Below are positions 58,126 to 64,000 of a DNA stretch of 64,000 bases, piece after piece. The notes under the pieces are model-generated. The model was not told the DNA's origin and searched no databases. It was given only the letters and a program-made list of their open reading frames with translations. The translations under genes and the position numbers were made by a program. This stretch comes from Bacteroidota bacterium. Lineage in GTDB: Bacteria > Bacteroidota > Bacteroidia > Chitinophagales > Chitinophagaceae. The stretch spans positions 40,863 through 104,862 of the forward strand of contig RDXK01000097.1 of the NCBI GenBank assembly GCA_004292605.1, given 5' to 3'. Every line of letters begins with the position of its first letter. Positions within the stretch are counted from its first letter, which is position 1.

Positions 58126-60042
58126 TTATACCTGCGGAAGTATAAAATAAAAATTACTACCCTTACCCACGGTGCTAGTAGCACCAATGGTACCGTCGTT
58201 TTTTTCAATAAATTCTTTACATACTAGTAGGCCTATACCCGTTCCTTTTTCGCGGTTGGTACCGTACCTAGTAAAGTGGTTATTTACCGTAAATAATTTT
58301 TCTATACTATCATTTTCTATACCTAATCCCGTATCGGCAATGGTTACTTTTATTTGGTTATTAATTAACTCTTCCGATGTTAGGGTTATTTGGCCACCAT
58401 TTGGGGTAAACTTTATAGCGTTAGATAGTAAATTACGCACCACTATATCTATATGGTCGGCATCGGCCATGGCTTGTGCACCCGCTTCTATTTGGTTGTG
58501 AATTTGTATTTGCTTTTGCTCTGCATTGCCTTGTAAAAGGTTCACAGCATTATCGGCTATAGTCTTCAGTTCTATTTGCTTTTTATCTATGGTAGAGTTG
58601 CCTTCTATTTGGCTTTTGCTCCAGTGTAGTAAGTTTTCCAGGGTACTATTTAAAGCATGTAATTGCTTGTTTAAATGAAACCTTATTTGCAAAAACTCAT
58701 CCATGCTTATAGCATCTTTATCTAATAAGTACATAGTACCAGAAAGTGAGGCTAGCGGACTCCGAAGATCATGGGCTATAATGGAAAAAACTTTGTCCTT
58801 CAATAGCGATGTGGCTTGCAGTTCCTGTGTTAATACAGTTAGCTCCTCCCGCTGTTTTTCTATGGCTTTATTCTTTTTATCTAGCTCTAGCTGCCGCCTT
58901 TCTAGCGCTGCATTGGCCTGCCTTTTATCTTTATCTCGCAAATAATAAATACTGGCCGTGGCTATTAACAAAAACACACCCGCCACCAGCAAGCCGGTAA
59001 GTTGCCGCTGTTTTGTCAGAGTTTTACTATCCGCCGCTTGCTGCTTTTTTAAAAACGAAATTTCGGTTTCCTTACGCTCGTTTTCGTACACAGCTTGTAG
59101 CTCCGCTATTTTTTTAATGGTGGTTTCATTGTAAATAGAATCGTGTAAAACTTGGTATTTTTTCAAAGTGGTAAAAGCGGAAGTATCCATTTTCAGGGCA
59201 TGAAACGCATTGGCTGCACCCAAATAAGCTTGGTCTAACTCATCCCTAAATCCTTGTGGTTCACCTATGGCTATTGCTTGCTGAAAATATTGTAAGCTAC
59301 TAGCAGCATCGTTGTTTAAGGCGGCTACTTTACCTAACCTATTTAGGTTGGTTATTATTAAAAAGTTGTTGTTCAGTTGTACAGCTTCTGCATAGCTTTT
59401 CTCAAAATATTGCTTGGCTAGTTGCTTATTGCCTTTAGCCAACCAAATATCGCCGAGCATACGTAAGGTATAGCTCGACGGACTTTGATGCTGCCGAATA
59501 ACTTCATTGGCCTGGTTAGCAAATTTCAAAGCCTCATCTAACTTTTTATCTTTTAAGTACGTGTAGGCTATATTATTTAGGGCCCTACTTATGGTAAGCG
59601 TATCGGCCAGCTCCTTACTTAACTGTAGGGCTAGTAAAAAGTATTCAATGCTTTTACTAAAGTTGTTTTGTCCGTTATACACCGCAGCAATGTTCATATA
59701 ACTAACGCCACGTTGCTTTATATCGCCAATTTCCTCGTTTAGTTTTAGGGCTTTTAAGGAGTTGTCAAAACTTTTGGTAAACTCGTTTCGGCGGTAGTAA
59801 GCCCAGCCAATATTATTGTAGCTCATTATTTCGCCACGGGTGTAGCGAATATTCTGCGATAGTTTCAGGGCCGCTTCCGCAATACTCAGGGCCTGAGTAG
59901 TATTTTTATCTATCAGTGCATTACTTTGGCTATTCATTTGCAGCACCATAGTAGTATCCATTGTAGAACCACCCGCAGGTTTTTGGCACCACACTCCCCA
60001 TGCAGATACCATAAACAATATGGTAAAAATTAGTTTTCTCAT
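58126..60042 (-). CDS. TPR-repeat sensor histidine kinase
   Basis: Signal or TM segment, a TPR array of about 300 aa, a TM helix, a coiled coil, an H-box (FSIIAHDLRSPL), and N/G boxes (RNLLSNAIKF, DTGLGI, GTGIGL). Confidence 0.85.
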   Translation of the reverse strand: MRKLIFTILFMVSAWGVWCQKPAGGSTMDTTMVLQMNSQSNALIDKNTTQALSIAEAALKLSQNIRYTRGEIMSYNNIGWAYYRRNEFTKSFDNSLKALKLNEEIGDIKQRGVSYMNIAAVYNGQNNFSKSIEYFLLALQLSKELADTLTISRALNNIAYTYLKDKKLDEALKFANQANEVIRQHQSPSSYTLRMLGDIWLAKGNKQLAKQYFEKSYAEAVQLNNNFLIITNLNRLGKVAALNNDAASSLQYFQQAIAIGEPQGFRDELDQAYLGAANAFHALKMDTSAFTTLKKYQVLHDSIYNETTIKKIAELQAVYENERKETEISFLKKQQAADSKTLTKQRQLTGLLVAGVFLLIATASIYYLRDKDKRQANAALERRQLELDKKNKAIEKQREELTVLTQELQATSLLKDKVFSIIAHDLRSPLASLSGTMYLLDKDAISMDEFLQIRFHLNKQLHALNSTLENLLHWSKSQIEGNSTIDKKQIELKTIADNAVNLLQGNAEQKQIQIHNQIEAGAQAMADADHIDIVVRNLLSNAIKFTPNGGQITLTSEELINNQIKVTIADTGLGIENDSIEKLFTVNNHFTRYGTNREKGTGIGLLVCKEFIEKNDGTIGATSTVGKGSNFYFILPQV

Positions 60043-60086
60043 GTACTACTTTGCTTGCTGATTGTAAAATACACTATTTCAATGAA

Positions 60087-60950
60087 TTATATTACCGCCT
60101 TCAAACTTAAATCTACACTTTGTGCTTGGTGTATTAAGGCTCCTACGCTTATAAAAGTAACCCCGGCAGCCGCATACTGCTGTAAATTATGTAGGGTAAT
60201 TCCGCCACTTGCTTCGGTCTCAAATTGGCCATCTATCATTACTACGGCTTCCTTTACTAGTGCTGGCGTAAAATTATCAAGCATTATACGCTGTATTTTT
60301 CCTGCTCCATATTGTAGTACCAAAGCCACATCGGCTAGGGAACGGGTTTCAAGTTCTATAGCTATGGGTAAATTATGGGCGGTTTTGTAACCAAATGCCT
60401 TATCAATAGCCTGAGCAATACCACCTGCAAAATCAATATGATTATCCTTTAGCATCATCATATCGTACAAGGCAAATCGGTGGTTGGTACCGCCGCCAAT
60501 ACGCACCGCTTCTTTTTCTAACAGTCTAAAATTGGGGGTAGTTTTTCGGGTATCTAAAATCTTGGTGCTAAAACCTTCCAATGCTTGCACATAAGTGTGG
60601 GTTAAGCTGGCAATACCGCTCATACGCTGCATACAGTTGAGCGCTAACCGTTCACCACTTAGTAGGGTATGTATGGTAGCCTGTATTTCAAAAGCTATAT
60701 CACCGTATTGTACTGCATCGCCATCGTTTTTATAGGCGGTAAAAATACAGTCGGGCTGTAACTGTGTAAAAATGGCTTTGGCTACTTGTACCCCGGCTAG
60801 TATACAAGGCTGCTTTACTTTTAATATGGCTTTTCCAGTGGCATGGGCATCTACAATACTAAGGGTACTGTAATCGCCACTACCTATATCTTCCGCTAAG
60901 GCTGATTGAATGAGTTGGTGTAACTGCTGTTGGTATTCGCTTTGTTGCAT
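60087..60950 (-). CDS. nadC: Nicotinate-nucleotide diphosphorylase (carboxylating)
   Basis: Typical QPRTase pattern (ILDTRKTTP, KDNH, LDN). 287 aa. Confidence 0.9.
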   Translation of the reverse strand: MQQSEYQQQLHQLIQSALAEDIGSGDYSTLSIVDAHATGKAILKVKQPCILAGVQVAKAIFTQLQPDCIFTAYKNDGDAVQYGDIAFEIQATIHTLLSGERLALNCMQRMSGIASLTHTYVQALEGFSTKILDTRKTTPNFRLLEKEAVRIGGGTNHRFALYDMMMLKDNHIDFAGGIAQAIDKAFGYKTAHNLPIAIELETRSLADVALVLQYGAGKIQRIMLDNFTPALVKEAVVMIDGQFETEASGGITLHNLQQYAAAGVTFISVGALIHQAQSVDLSLKAVI

Positions 60951-60977
60951 ATAGTAAAACTAGTAGGTTTTGGGCAT

Positions 60978-61001
60978 AAAAAAAGTGCCCGAAAGCACTT
61001 T
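60978..61001 (-). terminator. Rho-independent terminator after the DUF4783-like gene
   Basis: Minus strand reads AAAGTGC-TTTCGG-GCACTTT followed by TTTTAT. Confidence 0.55.
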
Positions 61002-61030
61002 ACACTAAGCAATTAGTTTTGTAAAAATTA

Positions 61031-61411
61031 CTATCCTATACGTACGGTAATAATTTGCTGTTTATCGCCCTTGGTTTTGAGCATGATGGTAATATTATAT
61101 GTTTTTTCTGTGCTTTGTAGTTTACCTGTAATGTACACGGTGCTAGCCAATTCCCGCTGAGAACCCATTTCAAAACCGGTGATTTTAGATTGGTCAAAAA
61201 AGCTGGACAATACCACAGAAGCCTGTGTTTTACCAATACTTTTTAGCTCGGCTTTTTCGGGCATTTTTAAATCTATTACAGAATCAAAGTTGTCCGTCAC
61301 TTTATCAGCGTTGGCCTGCTTTAATGCGGTAACCACTTCAGAAACACTTTGGGCAGAAACCGAAACAGCACCCCAAAAAACAAACGACATCAATAATGCA
61401 ATAGTTCTCAT
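61031..61411 (-). CDS. DUF4783-like secreted protein
   Basis: ORF trimmed to the ATG at 61411, giving the signal peptide MRTIALLMSFVFWGAVSVSAQ. About 126 aa and adjacent to nadC, as is usual for this family in Bacteroidota. Confidence 0.55.
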   Translation of the reverse strand: MRTIALLMSFVFWGAVSVSAQSVSEVVTALKQANADKVTDNFDSVIDLKMPEKAELKSIGKTQASVVLSSFFDQSKITGFEMGSQRELASTVYITGKLQSTEKTYNITIMLKTKGDKQQIITVRIG

Positions 61412-61517
61412 ACCGTGTAATTGCCTGATTATTAGCACAAATTGTGCCAACAAGCACTAAAACGCATTTTGTAGAACAAAAACCGCAGAAACTAAGCTAA
61501 ATATGTAGTTTTAGCCC

Positions 61518-63053
61518 ATGAGTAAGCCAGTAGTTTTAATAATAATGGATGGTTGGGGACTAGGTACCCAGCCCCAAGCCGATGCTATACAGCATGCCCA
61601 AGTTCCCTTTGTAAATAGTTTATACCAGCGGTACCCACATAGTACGCTTATTACCTGCGGCGAAGAAGTAGGTTTGCCGGAAGGCCAAATGGGTAATAGC
61701 GAAGTAGGACATTTGAATATTGGTGCCGGCCGGATAGTATACCAAGAGCTACAACGCATAAACTTAGCTGTAAAAACCGGCGAATTGGCCACCAATACAA
61801 CGCTGCTAGCGGGTTTTGAATATGCCAAAAACCAAGGAAAAAAAGTTCATTTTATAGGTTTGGTTAGCGATGGAGGTGTTCATAGCCACATCAACCACTT
61901 GAATGCTTTGCTTGCATTGGCACAAACCCACCTGCTACCCGAAGTGTATGTGCACGCTTTTACTGATGGACGAGATTGCGACCCCAAAAGTGGTAAAGGG
62001 TTTATAGAAGCCCTACACCAAACATGTGTACAAACAGGAGTAAAGATAGCCTCCGTTACAGGTAGGTATTACGCTATGGATAGAGATAAACGCTGGGAAC
62101 GAGTGGCACTAGCCTACCAAGCGTTGGTACATGGCACGGGTACTGCCGTAGCCGATGCTGCAGCATTTGCTACTACCATAGAACAAAATTATACCCAAGG
62201 CACTACCGACGAGTTTTTGAAACCCTTAATCAATGCATCGCTCCAGGGAGCCGGTAATATTTCCGCAGATGATGTAGTAATTTGTTTCAATTTTAGAACC
62301 GACCGCTGCCGAGAAATTACCGAAGTGCTTACACAGCAAGCCTTGCCCGATTATGGTATGCAGCCCTTGCCCCTGCATTATATCACTATGACGGAGTATG
62401 ACGCTACTTTCAAAAACGTACAAGTATTGTTTTACAACGATAACCTTACCCAAACCCTGGGCGAAGTGCTGGCACAGCACGGAAAAACACAAATTCGCTT
62501 GGCCGAAACAGAAAAATACCCACACGTAACCTTCTTTTTCAGCGGTGGAAGGGAGCAACCCTTTGATAGCGAAAAACGCTTAATGGCAGCATCGCCCAAA
62601 GTAGCTACCTACGATTTACAACCAGAAATGAGTGCCCACCAAATTGTAAACTTGGTGGTACCTGAGCTTCAAAATAATTCAGCGGATTTTGTATGTATAA
62701 ATTTTGCCAATGCCGATATGGTAGGCCATACCGGTGTATTTAGTGCAGTAGTAAAAGCCGTGGAAACGGTGGACGCTTGTGTAAAACAAGTAACCGAGGC
62801 TGCCTTGGCTAGCAACTACACGGTATGCATTACTGCCGACCATGGCAATGCCGATTTTATGATTAATGAGGACGGCTCACCCAATACCCAACACTCCTTA
62901 AACCTAGTGCCGTTTTTTGTAGTAGCGCCAGATGTTCAAGATTACCAACTCCGTGATGGAAAGTTAGGCGATATAGCACCCACTATTTTACAACTTATGG
63001 GCCTCGAAGCCCCCAAGGAAATGACGGGTAAAAGTTTATTGGCCTACGAGTAA
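61518..63053 (+). CDS. gpmI: 2,3-bisphosphoglycerate-independent phosphoglycerate mutase
   Basis: VLIIMDGWG, NSEVGHLN(I)GAGR, SDGGVHSH and ADHGNA motifs. 511 aa. Confidence 0.95.
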   Translation: MSKPVVLIIMDGWGLGTQPQADAIQHAQVPFVNSLYQRYPHSTLITCGEEVGLPEGQMGNSEVGHLNIGAGRIVYQELQRINLAVKTGELATNTTLLAGFEYAKNQGKKVHFIGLVSDGGVHSHINHLNALLALAQTHLLPEVYVHAFTDGRDCDPKSGKGFIEALHQTCVQTGVKIASVTGRYYAMDRDKRWERVALAYQALVHGTGTAVADAAAFATTIEQNYTQGTTDEFLKPLINASLQGAGNISADDVVICFNFRTDRCREITEVLTQQALPDYGMQPLPLHYITMTEYDATFKNVQVLFYNDNLTQTLGEVLAQHGKTQIRLAETEKYPHVTFFFSGGREQPFDSEKRLMAASPKVATYDLQPEMSAHQIVNLVVPELQNNSADFVCINFANADMVGHTGVFSAVVKAVETVDACVKQVTEAALASNYTVCITADHGNADFMINEDGSPNTQHSLNLVPFFVVAPDVQDYQLRDGKLGDIAPTILQLMGLEAPKEMTGKSLLAYE

Positions 63054-63106
63054 CATCAAAAGGTCGATACAAGTGTTAGCTACTTCCTAAAATATTCATT
63101 TACCGT

Positions 63107-63143
63107 AATAACAATGACCCTCGGCTGGAGGGTCTTTGTTATT
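63107..63143. terminator. Bidirectional terminator between gpmI and hepT
   Basis: AATAACAATGACCCTC-GGCTG-GAGGGTCTTTGTTATT (16-bp stem, one mismatch). Confidence 0.6.
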
Positions 63144-63148
63144 AAAAT

Positions 63149-63574
63149 TTATTGATTATTGTAAATTCTATTTCGTAAATGGTGATAGTACTTGTTTTGT
63201 AATACTTCTTCTACTTCTACTTTAGGAAAGAACTGTAAAAAAGCAATAAAAGCTTGACTCAAGGTTGGTAATTTTACTTTCACTACGTCAAAAACTATAT
63301 CATAATCAACCCCTCGATAATCATGAGCTAAAAAATTTCTCATGTCCTTTAATTTTTGCCAATCGATAGTCGGTTGTGTCTTTAATAGTTCGTTATCTAT
63401 CTTTTTTACTTCTTCGCCCAAGGCTATTAATAAAGTTAATGTCCCATTGAAATATACCTGGTTGCTTGCATCAAAAAATACGCTTGCACTATCATATTTT
63501 TCAGCATAACACATCGCTTTTTCGCTTGCCGCAAGGGCTGAAACAATATACAGTATTTGCTTACTGTTATACAT
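63149..63574 (-). CDS. hepT: HepT-like (DUF86) RNase toxin
   Basis: RNFLAHDY matches the Rx4HxY HEPN motif. Overlaps the upstream nucleotidyltransferase gene by 8 nt. Confidence 0.75.
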   Translation of the reverse strand: MYNSKQILYIVSALAASEKAMCYAEKYDSASVFFDASNQVYFNGTLTLLIALGEEVKKIDNELLKTQPTIDWQKLKDMRNFLAHDYRGVDYDIVFDVVKVKLPTLSQAFIAFLQFFPKVEVEEVLQNKYYHHLRNRIYNNQ

Positions 63575-63866
63575 AAATTACATCGTTTTTTGCTTTTGCC
63601 CACACAACAGGATTAATAAACTTCTTATTTACTAAATCTACTTTCAAATTAGTTATTTCAGTAAGGTCCTGTTTTAAATCCATATAGTTATACAAGTCTA
63701 AAAAAGTACCGGGCAAAGCTTCATACAATACATCTAAATCACTATTGGCTGTTTGCGTACCACGACTGTAAGAGCCAAATACAGCAAGGCTTTGCAAGGG
63801 ATATTTTGCCTTTAATGTGGGCAAATTATCGTGTAGTATTTGTAGTATTGGGTGCATGGAATGCAA
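63567..63866 (-). CDS. mntA: MntA-like minimal nucleotidyltransferase antitoxin
   Basis: FGSYSRGTQTANSDLDVL (GSx10DxD nucleotidyltransferase motif). 99 aa. Confidence 0.75.
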   Translation of the reverse strand: MHSMHPILQILHDNLPTLKAKYPLQSLAVFGSYSRGTQTANSDLDVLYEALPGTFLDLYNYMDLKQDLTEITNLKVDLVNKKFINPVVWAKAKNDVIYV

Positions 63867-64000
63867 TGTTTGATTTGTAAAATTAAGCCTAAAACTAAGT
63901 TTACATTTCCTTACAATAATCTAATTGAATTTGTTGCTGAATTTTCACCACAAACCACACCTACAAAAATTATCTCAGGTAGCGCCGATAAAATAGTATG

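Overview
This window looks like a largely core chromosomal segment from a Bacteroidota genome, probably a Chitinophagaceae or Sphingobacteriia-type organism. Supporting signs are a T9SS C-terminal sorting domain, a CarboxypepD_reg TonB-dependent receptor, ribosomal protein THX, DUF4286/DUF4783/DUF2490 genes, and a TTTG..TAnnTTTG-type promoter. About 55 protein genes are densely packed.

Recognisable genes, in order:
- lptC / outer-membrane barrel / coaX
- three GT2 glycosyltransferases
- meaB and a CDGSH protein
- a LOG-family protein, xth, two tandem HU genes and THX
- an M28 peptidase and ligA
- an ArsR / metallophosphoesterase / ACR3 operon
- a TonB-dependent receptor with a partner lipoprotein
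- a DUF47-PiT phosphate pair and galE
- an aspA-ansB-dcuA-porin-DUF2490 operon
- an S41 peptidase and one tRNA(CAU)
- a T9SS-exported endonuclease I
- an aspartyl protease-PDZ protein and a double-SWIM SNF2 ATPase
- an aldehyde dehydrogenase
- a fatty-acid hydroxylase with an AsmA-like gene
- two secreted amidohydrolases
- an MqnC/MqnE-type radical SAM enzyme, SUI1, a TPR histidine kinase, nadC and gpmI

I saw no CRISPR array, transposase, integrase, rRNA or prophage-like block. Clearly accessory content is limited to two toxin-antitoxin-like pairs (PIN/HTH and HepT/MntA) and a duplicated small membrane-protein gene.

I could not identify an unambiguous new multi-gene system. The candidates most worth a second look are:
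- the ArsR-regulated metallophosphoesterase-ACR3 operon, which has a duplicated palindromic operator and no arsC
- the TonB-dependent receptor paired with a non-SusD, beta-helix-like lipoprotein
- the five-gene asparagine operon that includes two outer-membrane proteins
- a structured intergenic repeat present twice
- a tandem paralogue split by an in-frame TAA at its signal-peptide boundary
- a tRNA(CAU) with an atypical T-loop
- an amidohydrolase pair in which only one of three modules keeps the HxH metal motif

All functional calls come from motif and family recognition by eye. No database search was run.
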